NCBI GenBank assembly: GCA_964583985.1
Contig: CAZOYD010000002.1
Coordinates: 64,001 to 128,000 of the forward strand
Direction of reading: 5' to 3'
Length of the DNA: 64,000 nucleotides
DNA from: an uncultured archaeon
GTDB taxonomy: Archaea; Asgardarchaeota; Lokiarchaeia; Sigyniarchaeales; SOKP01
A model generated the notes under the pieces. The model was given only the letters and a program-made list of their open reading frames with translations, was not told where the DNA came from and made no database searches. Below are positions 30,996-41,686 of this stretch, one piece after another. Each line of letters starts with the position of its first letter. Within the stretch, counting starts at the first letter, position 1. The translations under genes were made by a program, and so were the position numbers.

Positions 30996-31104
30996 GCTAA
31001 ACTCTTTATAACTATAATTTTATTTTTTTATACTAAGTATCTTTTTAAAAAATTTTCTTCTCTTTAAAATTTTTTTCTGCAAACTTTAGTTTTTTAGAGA
31101 TATG

Positions 31105-32628
31105 TCAATTTGTCTTATTGGTTTTTTCTGATATAAATGCTAAAATTTCTGCAATATCGATACGTTCTTGATCCATTGAGTCGCGATATCTAATGGTAAC
31201 AGTATTATCTTCAAGTGATTGAAAATCAACTGTAATACAGTAAGGAGTCCCTAATTCGTCTTGTCTACGATATAACTTTCCAATTGCTCCTTTTTCATCA
31301 TAAAAAGAATTGATTCTATTTTCATTCATATTTTTATAGATATTCTTTGCTAGAGTTCTGATTCTTTCTTCATTCTTTTTTAACGGAAACACGGCTAGCG
31401 TGTTTGGAGCTAAATCATAACTTAATTTTAAGACAATCCTTTGATCCCCTTTTTTTTCAGTTTTGATTTCTTCAACCTCAAATGATGTCTCAAGTAATGT
31501 ATAAATAATTCGATCAGGCCCAAAAGCGATCTCAAGAATTTGGGGTATTTCTTTGTTTTTTGGGTCATTGCCCATTGCAATTTCAAAATTTTCGTTCGAA
31601 AATTTACCATGGCATTTAAGATCATAATTGGTTCTATCATGAATCCCACAAATTTCAACCCAACCGAATTGGTTTGTCTTAATTTCTAAATCCCACGCAT
31701 CATCTGCATAATGAGCCCTCTCATTGGGAGAGTGTTGTCTTAATCTTATTACATCACTAGTAAATCCTAAAATCTTCGTAAGATAGTATCCTAAATACAT
31801 GCAATAAGCAAATGCAGGTTTTTTCAATGTTCCATCTGATATTGCTCTCTTAAGTGATGTCATTTTTGGTTCATTCAAATTATCATCTTGCATTTTCCAA
31901 TCCAAAAGAGGTAAAACGGTATCTTTGACATCTTCGTAGTCTTCAAATTGCATTTCTTGTTCCTTGCTTATGAATAATTGCAATTCAAACTGATCAAATG
32001 CTCTCATGCGAAGAATTTGTTGACGTGGTGAAATTTCATTTCTATATGCCTTTCCATATTGAAAAACTTTTAAGGGATATTGCCTCCTTGAGTCTTGATC
32101 TAAGCGATTGAAAAGAAGATATGTCGTTGTGGCTGTTTCTGGCCTCAAATAAACCGTAGTTCCTGCACCTACTTGCGTTTTAAGCATTAGGTTATATTTC
32201 TCAATCTTTCCAAATGGAGTATCGCATTTAGGACAGACAACTTTATTATCTTTAATTAATTGTTCCATATTCTCATAAGACATCCCATCAATCATTCGAT
32301 CTGGGAACAATTCCTGAAGAAATTTATCTGCTCGCAGAAGATTAGCACATTGTGAACATTTTAAAATTGGATCGATGAAGCGATCTAAATGTCCAGAGGC
32401 CTTCCATACAATTTCAGGCATTATAGTAGGACATTCCACTTCACCAAAGCCAAAATATCTTAACTCTCTTCTAAATATGGATAATATATTATTTTTCAAT
32501 GCCACACCCGCAGGACCATAAGAATAAAATCCCGCTAATCCACCGTAAATTTCAGGAGAGGGCCCCCAAATAAAGCCCCTTCTCTTAATCAAAGAATTGA
32601 ACGTTTCAATCTTATCTTCTATCTTCAC
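31105..32628 (-). CDS. glyS: Glycyl-tRNA synthetase (alpha2, archaeal/eukaryotic type)
   Basis: RRGF, EIYGG..GFY.YGP.G, SGH..RF.DP, YLRPETA, GKAYRNEISPR, AHYA, GAIGKLYRRQDELGTP. Confidence 0.96.
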   Translation of the reverse strand: MKIEDKIETFNSLIKRRGFIWGPSPEIYGGLAGFYSYGPAGVALKNNILSIFRRELRYFGFGEVECPTIMPEIVWKASGHLDRFIDPILKCSQCANLLRADKFLQELFPDRMIDGMSYENMEQLIKDNKVVCPKCDTPFGKIEKYNLMLKTQVGAGTTVYLRPETATTTYLLFNRLDQDSRRQYPLKVFQYGKAYRNEISPRQQILRMRAFDQFELQLFISKEQEMQFEDYEDVKDTVLPLLDWKMQDDNLNEPKMTSLKRAISDGTLKKPAFAYCMYLGYYLTKILGFTSDVIRLRQHSPNERAHYADDAWDLEIKTNQFGWVEICGIHDRTNYDLKCHGKFSNENFEIAMGNDPKNKEIPQILEIAFGPDRIIYTLLETSFEVEEIKTEKKGDQRIVLKLSYDLAPNTLAVFPLKKNEERIRTLAKNIYKNMNENRINSFYDEKGAIGKLYRRQDELGTPYCITVDFQSLEDNTVTIRYRDSMDQERIDIAEILAFISEKTNKTN

Positions 32629-32807
32629 TTTTTAGTCTACTCTATTGTAATGGTTTTTTAAATAGTTCATAATATTTCTATTTTAAGAATCCCAATAATT
32701 ATGGCGTTTATACACAAGTAATAAAATAAATTTTTATATAACTAAAAGATATTATTATAAATATTATAATATCATTAGTCAGTTCAAATTAAACTTAAAT
32801 TAATGAC

Positions 32808-33671
32808 TTGTTAATCATGATACTTCAAGACATCCCATTTCAATTTTTCACTCTCTGGTCAGGAATTGAGAGTGGATTGTATTATGCCATAATAGGATTT
32901 TATGTGCTAATTTTCTTCTATTTTTTATTAATGCGCTTCAGAACTTCCAAAAAGATGTATTGGTTATTCTTTTCATTATTATTTTTATGTTTGGCAGTGG
33001 GAAGAATCTTTTTCATTATATATTATTTTTATGCACCAGAATTATATGGAATATTGAGTAATCCAGAATTAGTTGCTATATTGATGATTTATTATAGATT
33101 CGCTACATTATTTACATGGTTTGGAATAGCATGCTTGATGGTAATCTTAGGAATTCTTATATTTCCACCTCTAGCTGATAATATTGAGAGGAAGAGTGAA
33201 ACGAGTTTTAAAAGCAAGTTAAAAGGACTTTTTAGAGAGAAATTTTTGCGCTTAATTTTAAAAATTGCTTTATTTATTATACCTATTATTATTGGAGTGG
33301 CTGCGCTTATTTTACCGGATTCACTTTTCATGGATCCTGATTTTGTTACTAAATATGGAGTTGATCCTTCAAGTTTAGATTTAACTTTTTTTGGATATCC
33401 AGCGGGAAGAGCTGTTCTTAATTTTATATTATTACCAATATTTGTTGCTTTCATTCCATTCTTGTACTTATCATTAGCAATGCGAACTTTTGGTGTTTTA
33501 AGAAGATCATATGCATTAAATGCTGTTGGATTCTTAATCTACTTTTTGGGTAGAATTTTACAAGGATTACTTAGTTCATTTCCACACGTTAGTGCTACGT
33601 TACCACCACTTCTAATATTGCTATCGTTATTGATAATAGTTATTGCGAATAACTATGAACAACTTAAATAA
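32808..33671 (+). CDS. Multi-pass (~7 TM) membrane protein
   Basis: Seven hydrophobic segments with a basic loop; no enzyme motif. Confidence 0.7.
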   Translation: MLIMILQDIPFQFFTLWSGIESGLYYAIIGFYVLIFFYFLLMRFRTSKKMYWLFFSLLFLCLAVGRIFFIIYYFYAPELYGILSNPELVAILMIYYRFATLFTWFGIACLMVILGILIFPPLADNIERKSETSFKSKLKGLFREKFLRLILKIALFIIPIIIGVAALILPDSLFMDPDFVTKYGVDPSSLDLTFFGYPAGRAVLNFILLPIFVAFIPFLYLSLAMRTFGVLRRSYALNAVGFLIYFLGRILQGLLSSFPHVSATLPPLLILLSLLIIVIANNYEQLK

Positions 33672-33837
33672 TACTCGTATCTAACTTTTTAATTTTTTTT
33701 AATTTAAATTTTAAAGATTAAAGCAATAGAATAAAAGTATAATATTTTTAGTAATAATTAACTTGATTAATTAAATAATATATTAAATTGAAATACAATT
33801 TAGCTCTAAAATAATACATATTCGAGGTGAAAATTTC

Positions 33838-35466
33838 TTGTCTATTCATGGTAGTCAATATCTCTTGACTTTATTTAATGGCCCATCAAATATCCCCCCA
33901 ATCAATGAAAATGATGAATTAGCTTTAGCTTTTTATTTATTAACTAAGGATAAAAAAAACAATGAAAAGATAACCAGTTTTTCACGATTATTATGGCCCT
34001 TTTTATGCATTCAAGGAGTTATAAGCACACATATAATACTTGATGGGTTGATGATGTTTTCAAGGAAGGGAAAATTATCCAATCCTCCCAGACAACCCTT
34101 GATTGGCCATTTACTTAGAAATATCGAAAATCGAACGAAAATTGAACAACTTTCAAAGATTTACGATGTGTTAACTTATAAGGACGTCGACGCTGAAGAA
34201 ATAGGAGAAGGAGAAGAATCTGAGTTTCAAAAATTGATAATTGAAGGTCTAATTAATCCCGGATTTCTTCAAACATTAGCAACTCTTTTACCACTTATTA
34301 ACTATCAACCAATTACTGAATATATGCCATTAGATTCTGGATTATCTACAGATATAGCTTTAGATCTCGCTGAAAAATATAGAAAAATGATTGAATACAT
34401 GAAAGGAAATGCTTTACGTTGGGAAACCCAAATTGATTTGATTGGTAAAGAAGTTGATAAATGGCTGGTGGAGCTAAATGTTGAATTTAAAGACATTGAA
34501 TCCCGATATTCTTCACAAATCACTAAAACATCTCAAATAATTGACAATTCTCAAGTACGAGAGCAACTTGATTTAGAGGGAGATAAAATTGAGCAATGGA
34601 AAGTAAATGAAAAGAAAAAATTGATTGAAGGGATTTCTGTATTATATAAAACAATAGAATACCAACTTGAGGGGACACTTAAAAAAAATAAAATGTTTAC
34701 TCAAAGCGATACTCTCAAAAGTCGAGTATTTGAAGATTTGATCAGCACCTTTGAAAATCATTTTGAATTTTTAAAAATGGATGGTCAGAAGTTTTTAGAA
34801 ACCGTGGAGACATTAAATGATAAATTTATTGAACTCAAGGAACGTGGTCCTTTAATCGATGAACAAGCAAAAAAGAGATTGGCAGATTTAACGACTCAAC
34901 TGAATTCAGAGTTAAAAGCCCGTGATGTACATTTAAATAAATTTGAAAGCGAAAAACAACAAAAAATCTCTGAAATCAATACGTTTAAAGGACAAATTGA
35001 GAATTTATTTTCTCAAATAAAAACTGTTATCAAAACGAAGCAGAATAATTGTTTACAAGAGGCAGGAGATCTCATAAGTTGGTCTCTAAACGACAATAAA
35101 GCAGAAATTTTTTCAAGACCGATCCAATGGATTTACATGCCACTATATGCGATGTTTATAGAAGACAATGATACCATGGAAGAAAAATTGCGCATAGTAT
35201 TTCCTGGAAATGTCATACAAGATCCTAATAACATTTACAATGAAATTTCTGAAGAATTGATAATGCTAAAAAATCAAATTTATGAGAAGGTAGAAGATGA
35301 CATGGCTTTAAGGTCTAATTTTGAATTTTCTTGCGAGAACAAGAATATTCTTGAGGATAAAAATCTTGATAAGAAGATACAGCAAGGTATCTCTATTCTG
35401 AGGAATAAGAATATAATCAATGACGATATCGAACGAGATATTCGCAACAATTTAAGCAACTTGTAA
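33838..35466 (+). CDS. Hypothetical protein with long central coiled coil
   Basis: Central ~240 aa rich in E/K/Q/L heptads between globular N- and C-terminal parts. Confidence 0.7.
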   Translation: MSIHGSQYLLTLFNGPSNIPPINENDELALAFYLLTKDKKNNEKITSFSRLLWPFLCIQGVISTHIILDGLMMFSRKGKLSNPPRQPLIGHLLRNIENRTKIEQLSKIYDVLTYKDVDAEEIGEGEESEFQKLIIEGLINPGFLQTLATLLPLINYQPITEYMPLDSGLSTDIALDLAEKYRKMIEYMKGNALRWETQIDLIGKEVDKWLVELNVEFKDIESRYSSQITKTSQIIDNSQVREQLDLEGDKIEQWKVNEKKKLIEGISVLYKTIEYQLEGTLKKNKMFTQSDTLKSRVFEDLISTFENHFEFLKMDGQKFLETVETLNDKFIELKERGPLIDEQAKKRLADLTTQLNSELKARDVHLNKFESEKQQKISEINTFKGQIENLFSQIKTVIKTKQNNCLQEAGDLISWSLNDNKAEIFSRPIQWIYMPLYAMFIEDNDTMEEKLRIVFPGNVIQDPNNIYNEISEELIMLKNQIYEKVEDDMALRSNFEFSCENKNILEDKNLDKKIQQGISILRNKNIINDDIERDIRNNLSNL

Positions 35467-35478
35467 ACCAATTCTGAG

Positions 35479-36138
35479 ATGGTAAAAATTAAACCGGAGT
35501 TAAAAAATAGGTTAGATCTGAAAAAAACTACGTTAAGAAATCTTTTTTCACATTTAGAAAGAGAAAAAGATCATGGGGTTGCTTCCACCTATGAAGAAAA
35601 ACTTCAGAGCATGGTATATATTCAGATGAGACTACCTATTGAAAAAATAACTAAAGAATTCGAAGAAAATATTAAAAAGAAGATAGAAGCTAATATTTAT
35701 CAAGCCAAAATTAGAGAAGCCACTGAAAAAGATCTTGAAATTGTCACAGAAATTTACAACAAGTCATGGCTTACATCTAAGACCCCATTTCGGCCAATAG
35801 AGAAAGAAACTTTGAAAACAATATTTCATCATCCGGATACTATATTCTTGATTGCAAGAGTCTATGGAATAGATGGTGGTTTTGTACTCCTCGATTTAGA
35901 AGGTGATAATAAAGAATATGGTGTTATAGCAGGACTGGGTATAATTCCCCGATATCAACGAAAGGGTTTGGGCACAATTCTGGGTTTAGCTGCGTGGAGT
36001 CATTTAAAAGAAAAAGGTATTAAAGAGTTACGATGCGAAGTATATAAAGAAAATCAGGTATCATACCAATTTATTAAAGGTCTCCAATTTGAAGAGTACG
36101 GAGAAAAAACCTACCGAAAAGAAGATTTTGAACCTTAA
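35479..36138 (+). CDS. GNAT acetyltransferase (tandem paralog 1)
   Basis: IREATEKDL, GIIPRYQRKGLG, CEVYKENQVS..F...L.F. Confidence 0.88.
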   Translation: MVKIKPELKNRLDLKKTTLRNLFSHLEREKDHGVASTYEEKLQSMVYIQMRLPIEKITKEFEENIKKKIEANIYQAKIREATEKDLEIVTEIYNKSWLTSKTPFRPIEKETLKTIFHHPDTIFLIARVYGIDGGFVLLDLEGDNKEYGVIAGLGIIPRYQRKGLGTILGLAAWSHLKEKGIKELRCEVYKENQVSYQFIKGLQFEEYGEKTYRKEDFEP

Positions 36139-36170
36139 TTAATGCTTATAAAAATTGAAGGAGTATAATA

Positions 36171-36815
36171 ATGTCAAGCTCAAATAATAGTTTCAAAAAG
36201 AAAGCTGTTAGAAGACTATTTTTTTCATACAATAAGGAAGAGAAAACGAAGGATGACATTGACAATGAGATTCTAGCTTCGGGAATGAAATATATTCAAA
36301 TGCGATTACCTGTAGAAAAAATAACCAGTGAATTTGAAGATAAGATACGCAAAAACATAGAACAGGGTGTTATTAAAGCTAAAATTCGAGAAGCAAGCTC
36401 AAAGGATTTAGAAATTGTGGTATATTTATATAATAGAAGTTGGATGACTAGTTGTACTCCCTATAGTCCAATTGATTTAGAAACTCTTAAAAAGATTGCG
36501 AATTACCAAGAGACTGTCATTTTTATTGCCAGCGTATATGGAATCGATGGAGGATTTGTTATTTTAGATCTTGAAGGTCCTAATAAAGAATATGGGATAA
36601 TAGCAGGGTTAGGAGTTATTCCTCGTTTTCAACGAAAAGGACTTGGAAAAATTTTAGGAATGGCTGCTTGGAATCACTTCAAAAAAGTAGGTGTGAAGGA
36701 GTTACGTTGCGAAGTGTATCATGAGAATAAAGCATCCTACAAATTTATTTCTTCTTTAGGATTTGAGGAGTATGATGTAAAGATTTACCGTAGTGAAGAT
36801 TTTAATATTGAGTGA
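36171..36815 (+). CDS. GNAT acetyltransferase (tandem paralog 2)
   Basis: IREASSKDL, GVIPRFQRKGLG, CEVYHENKAS; closely similar to the upstream gene. Confidence 0.88.
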   Translation: MSSSNNSFKKKAVRRLFFSYNKEEKTKDDIDNEILASGMKYIQMRLPVEKITSEFEDKIRKNIEQGVIKAKIREASSKDLEIVVYLYNRSWMTSCTPYSPIDLETLKKIANYQETVIFIASVYGIDGGFVILDLEGPNKEYGIIAGLGVIPRFQRKGLGKILGMAAWNHFKKVGVKELRCEVYHENKASYKFISSLGFEEYDVKIYRSEDFNIE

Positions 36816-36829
36816 AAAAGAATTCGATC

Positions 36830-38257
36830 CTATTGACTCTTTTTTATTGAATGTATTTTTTCTTTAATTAGGTCTATCTCAGATATATTTTCAATCTCCT
36901 CATAGTGCAGTTTTGCACGTTCAAAATACTCTAGTGCGTTTTCTATATCTTTATTAGCTATAGATACATCTCCTAACCTTTCAAGAATCATAGCTACTTG
37001 TTTAGGAGAATTTAGAAATTCATATAGATTTAACGCTTTTTGATAATATTCGATTGATTTCATTTTATTTTGTATGTAATCATAATAAATCTTAGCAATT
37101 TTAACTGATAATTCTGCTACTTTTTCTTTATCTCCAAACTTTTCGTAAATTTCACTTGCATAGTTATAGTATTCAATTGTACTCTCATCTTCGCCTCTTA
37201 AAGCATGTAATCTCGCTATATCTTCTAAAACTAGTCCTTCTTTAATGTGATCTTGAATTTCGAAAGTTCGGATGGTACTTAAACTCTTTAAAAAGAAATC
37301 TTCAGCGTCAGCATCATTGTCCCACATCAGGTTTAATTTTCCTAAGTAAAGGAAACATTCCCACTCTAAGCGAGCCTTATCATAAATTGAAATTTGGTCT
37401 TTTATTCTTTCTACAATCTCTAAAGCTTGATTTAAGAAATGATAGGATTGGTCATAGTAAATTTCACCATAAAAATAATATAATTTTCCAAATTTAATTT
37501 GTGTTTGAATTAATCCATATGCATTCTCATTTTCTTTGAAGAAACTTTCATTTCTTTTCAGAATTCTAATGATTCTATCATAATCCTTCAATATAAATAA
37601 TATTTCAACTAAATTACTTGAAGTTCTCACAGAATCGAATTCATATTCATGTTTTTCGGAAATGTCTAACGCCTCTTGGTATTTATTATATGCTTCATCC
37701 CATTCTTTTAAAACGTAATATATATTGCCCAAATTATTTAAGACTTGAATAATTTTTTGCTGATCATCCAATTTTTGTAAGATACAAAGAGCTGAATTAA
37801 AATGATAAATAGCTTGTTCAAAGTAACCTCTTTCTTCGTGTAACAATCCAATTTCATTATGTGATACGGCGATATTCATTGAATCATCATCCTCACTAAA
37901 ATTACTCAATGCTAGTTCGAGATTTTTTAACGTGGATTCAAAATCTCGCTTTTTATAATATAAACTAGCTTTTTTAAGCAAGAGATCTCCAATCGGTTCC
38001 CCCATTTGTTCTTTTCCCGATAATTCTTGCTCGATTTTTTTCAATTTTTCTTCAATTTCTTCATTATAATAGACGTCTACATCATAATTTTCCTCATCCA
38101 TCCCTGCTTCAGAATAATAAAAGAGACTTTCATCATGAGATTGTTGAATTCGTTTATTTAAATCAATATCTATATTGGTTATTAATGGTTTATTGCAATA
38201 ATGGCAATATTTCCAATCGGATTCAATTTCACGTTTACAATAATGACAAATTGGCAT
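36830..38257 (-). CDS. Zinc-ribbon plus TPR-repeat protein
   Basis: N-terminal CHYC...CHYC; multiple ~40-aa TPR-like repeats (NNLGNIYY...A...Y.EAL). Confidence 0.85.
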   Translation of the reverse strand: MPICHYCKREIESDWKYCHYCNKPLITNIDIDLNKRIQQSHDESLFYYSEAGMDEENYDVDVYYNEEIEEKLKKIEQELSGKEQMGEPIGDLLLKKASLYYKKRDFESTLKNLELALSNFSEDDDSMNIAVSHNEIGLLHEERGYFEQAIYHFNSALCILQKLDDQQKIIQVLNNLGNIYYVLKEWDEAYNKYQEALDISEKHEYEFDSVRTSSNLVEILFILKDYDRIIRILKRNESFFKENENAYGLIQTQIKFGKLYYFYGEIYYDQSYHFLNQALEIVERIKDQISIYDKARLEWECFLYLGKLNLMWDNDADAEDFFLKSLSTIRTFEIQDHIKEGLVLEDIARLHALRGEDESTIEYYNYASEIYEKFGDKEKVAELSVKIAKIYYDYIQNKMKSIEYYQKALNLYEFLNSPKQVAMILERLGDVSIANKDIENALEYFERAKLHYEEIENISEIDLIKEKIHSIKKSQ

Positions 38258-38345
38258 GTTTATTTGGGTACTTTGTTTTTTAGGCTATTTTGAATATAGA
38301 AAAACTTTGCTCATTTAAAATTAATTAACTTGAATCAAGGTACTA

Positions 38346-39266
38346 TTATTTTTCACTATAAAGTTTCAATTCAAGTTCTATATCTTTATCACTCATTCCA
38401 AATGATTTTAAGAGGATTTGGATCTGCAAAATAGCATTTTTTGATTTTACTTGTTCTGCTAAATGTAGTGCTTGGATATATTGATCCTTTGCTTCATTCA
38501 TTTTTCCTTGATAAAAAAGGCATTCAGCAACATAACTTAAACCTTTTATTATGAATTCAGCAAAGTTGGACTCAATCGATAGATTAGTTCCCATTTTAAA
38601 GTGATATAACGCTTCTTCATAATTTCCTTGATTTCGCTTGATGATTCCTAAATTATAATGTGACACTATCATTCCTTTGTTATCTTTTAACTTGGAAAAT
38701 GATTCTAATGTTTTTTCATAGAGTTCATAGACGATTTCCCATTCTCCTTGTTGCTCATATATTGATATCAGTCTTTCAAGACAATCTAAAATACTATATA
38801 AATCATTATTATCTGAAGCAATTGCACTACATTTAAAAAAGATATCAGATGCTTGATCTAATCGATTCAAATTTATTAGAGCATCTCCAATCCCTTTTAA
38901 ACAGGTGATTTGTTCGGGTATTTGTTTTAATTCAATATTTATTTCATTAGCGCTTTGATAATATTCAATAGCTTTCTCAAACTTTTTTTTTTTAAGAAAT
39001 AGCGTTCCTAGCAAGCCATATACTGACGCTTGTCCTAATCTATCTTTTAATAATTGAAAAAATTTCAAACATAACAAATAATTCTTTTCGGATTCCTCAA
39101 ATAGTTCCAATTGTAGTTGAATTAAAGCAATATCACTAAGTTCTTGGAAATATTCAGATCCCTTTCCAATTTTTTCTAATCCCTTTAAAATTTCGATTTT
39201 TTCGTTAAGGAGAGTTTCTAATTCTTTTTGGGAATAATCGTCGTTATTTTCAACCATAATTATCAA
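38346..39266 (-). CDS. TPR-repeat protein
   Basis: Repeated LG......A..YY..A TPR pattern. Confidence 0.85.
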   Translation of the reverse strand: MIIMVENNDDYSQKELETLLNEKIEILKGLEKIGKGSEYFQELSDIALIQLQLELFEESEKNYLLCLKFFQLLKDRLGQASVYGLLGTLFLKKKKFEKAIEYYQSANEINIELKQIPEQITCLKGIGDALINLNRLDQASDIFFKCSAIASDNNDLYSILDCLERLISIYEQQGEWEIVYELYEKTLESFSKLKDNKGMIVSHYNLGIIKRNQGNYEEALYHFKMGTNLSIESNFAEFIIKGLSYVAECLFYQGKMNEAKDQYIQALHLAEQVKSKNAILQIQILLKSFGMSDKDIELELKLYSEK

Positions 39267-39297
39267 GAGAATAGTCTTATTTTGATTAAATATACAT

Positions 39298-39735
39298 TCA
39301 TTGTAATAATTCTTCTAAAATTTCTGCTGCATTCTTCACACAATGAACACATTTTTTTTCTAATAAATCATTTTGGTTGAAGTAATCCATTCCTTCAGCA
39401 GTATTAATATTACAACCAAGTATTTCCTTGCAAATCACTGAACCGTTTTCTTTTTGAAATTTATTGAAAAATTCATTTATAACTTGATATGTCTTTTCCT
39501 TAGCTTCAGCTTCCTTGCTAACCCCCATACCATATTTTAATCCTATTACCATATAAGACCCCGTCACAGCGCCACATATTCCACCATTGCGGGCGATTCC
39601 TCCTCCAAATCCTGTAGATATTTTCAAAGCTTTATCCAGATCTAATCCATAATGTGGTGCATAAGTGCTGAAGATAGATTGAGCACAACTGAAATTTTCT
39701 TTAAACCTTGATAGAGCTTCCTCAATTCTTGACAT
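39298..39735 (-). CDS. C_GCAxxG_C_C family putative redox protein
   Basis: FSCAQS, GFGGG, ICGAVTG, GSVICKEIL, KKCVHCV. Confidence 0.9.
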   Translation of the reverse strand: MSRIEEALSRFKENFSCAQSIFSTYAPHYGLDLDKALKISTGFGGGIARNGGICGAVTGSYMVIGLKYGMGVSKEAEAKEKTYQVINEFFNKFQKENGSVICKEILGCNINTAEGMDYFNQNDLLEKKCVHCVKNAAEILEELLQ

Positions 39736-39857
39736 TTTAAATAATTCTGTTTTTTTAAAAAAGACAAATTCTAAATCTATAAGAAATATAAGATTTCTTA
39801 TCTATTATATATTTAGAGATAAAATGACCATATAATTTCTGAATGAGGTTATTCTAA

Positions 39858-40970
39858 ATGAAAGTGAAAGCTAGGTTATTTGATAAACTTGATGAAAAAA
39901 AAGTTAAGTGCCACGTATGTGCTAATGAATGTATTATCCTACCAGATAAGGTGGGAACCTGTGGAACAAGAAAAAATTTTGATGGAGAATTATATTCCTT
40001 AATTTATGGATCTTTGATATCATCTGGAAGTTTAGATCCAATTGAAAAAAAACCCCTTTATAATTACTGGCCAGGGGCTACTGCTTATTCAATCGCATCA
40101 ATTGGGTGTTCCTTTAAATGTCAAAATTGCCAAAACTGGTCCATTAGCCAAGCTATTCCAACAGATGATGGAAAAGATGGTTTTTATGATATCAAAGGAT
40201 ACGAGAGTCATGAAATGTCATTAGTTGAAATGACGCCCGAACAATTAGTGAAAAAAGTCATTAAAAGTGGAGCAAAAACATTAGCATACACCTATAATGA
40301 GCCACTTATTTGGCATGAATGGATATTGGATACAAATAAATTGCTTAAGAAAGAAGATATTAAGACTATCTTAGTAACTAATGGATATTCTACTCCAGAA
40401 GCTTCAAAAGAATTAATAGATGCCGGTATAGACGCTGCAAACATAGATATTAAATCAATGTCGGATGAGTTCTATAAGAAGATATGTGGAGTTAAATCAG
40501 TTCAACCAGTTTTAGATACTGCAAAATTGTTCAAAGAAAATGGAATACACGTGGAAATCACAAATTTAGTAATCCCTGATCTGAATGATAGCCAAAAAGA
40601 TATTGAAGACTTATCACGATGGATAGTCAATAATTTAGGACAAAATACACCTACTCATTTTTCTGCTTACCATCCCGATTTCAAAGCACCTTCCAAGAAA
40701 AGAACGCCTCATGATGTTCTCGATCGAGCTTATCACATAGCTCAAAATTCAGGATTATATTATGTGTATGTTGGTAATTTACCACACGATAAAGGAAGTA
40801 ATACATACTGCCCAAATTGTAATCATCTAATAATAGGTAGGCGAGGTTATAATTTTACAAAAATAGATATTACGAAAGATAAAAAGTGTCCAAATTGCGG
40901 GTATGATTTTAAAAATGATATAATTGGGATGATTAATCGAGAAAAGAAATTCGATAGTTCATTTTTTTAA
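39858..40970 (+). CDS. amrS: AmmeMemoRadiSam system radical SAM enzyme
   Basis: CHVC..C....G.CG.R, DPIEKKPLY, GCSFKCQNCQNW.ISQ, YTYNEP, YVYVGN, TYCPNC. Confidence 0.92.
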   Translation: MKVKARLFDKLDEKKVKCHVCANECIILPDKVGTCGTRKNFDGELYSLIYGSLISSGSLDPIEKKPLYNYWPGATAYSIASIGCSFKCQNCQNWSISQAIPTDDGKDGFYDIKGYESHEMSLVEMTPEQLVKKVIKSGAKTLAYTYNEPLIWHEWILDTNKLLKKEDIKTILVTNGYSTPEASKELIDAGIDAANIDIKSMSDEFYKKICGVKSVQPVLDTAKLFKENGIHVEITNLVIPDLNDSQKDIEDLSRWIVNNLGQNTPTHFSAYHPDFKAPSKKRTPHDVLDRAYHIAQNSGLYYVYVGNLPHDKGSNTYCPNCNHLIIGRRGYNFTKIDITKDKKCPNCGYDFKNDIIGMINREKKFDSSFF

Positions 40971-41014
40971 CAAAAAAGGTGTAAAAATAAATAAAGATTT
41001 TTAATTATAAGAAT

Positions 41015-41686
41015 CTATAACAAACCCGTTATTGACATACCAATCACTAACAAGAGAAAACCTTGAAGCAAGCAAAATATTGCAATGATAAATGCCAACG
41101 GTGGCCAGGATATTGCCTTGGAAACTGACATCAAGCTCCCGATATAGAATTTCACCGTTAATGCTACAATTGCAAACACCACAATGAACAAAATGATCAG
41201 GAATAATTTGGGATCAATAAAGACTGCGATTAATTGCACGGCTGTATCTGGGATTGCTAAAGACGCAAATATCACAACGAAGGTTGCTAATAAAAGCCCT
41301 AATATACTTCCTATTGGGAGATCATTTATTGGCTTTAAAAATGTTAAAACTCCTAATATGATAAGAAATGCCGAAGTAAAAATGCTCGCTGAATTTTGTG
41401 TATTCGTGGCATATGCAACGCTTGGGGGTTGATCAAGAATTAGACCTCCAACACCACAAAGAATGCTTAATACTCCAACAACAAATCCCAAATAGGTTAG
41501 AGCTTTTAAAAACTTTGTAATTTTAAAATTCCAATCCTCAACTTTGCGTTCTTTAAAGGATCCTCGTCGTTTTGCTTCATAAAAAGCATATATCATCCAA
41601 ATAACTCCAAGTATTAAAATAAAGAATCCTGCAAATTCTGCTAGTGGTCGTAAGAATGCTTCTGTAAAATCAATTTGATATAACAC
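41015..41686 (-). CDS. Hypothetical multi-pass membrane protein
   Basis: About 6 hydrophobic segments. Confidence 0.7.
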   Translation of the reverse strand: MLYQIDFTEAFLRPLAEFAGFFILILGVIWMIYAFYEAKRRGSFKERKVEDWNFKITKFLKALTYLGFVVGVLSILCGVGGLILDQPPSVAYATNTQNSASIFTSAFLIILGVLTFLKPINDLPIGSILGLLLATFVVIFASLAIPDTAVQLIAVFIDPKLFLIILFIVVFAIVALTVKFYIGSLMSVSKAISWPPLAFIIAIFCLLQGFLLLVIGMSITGLL

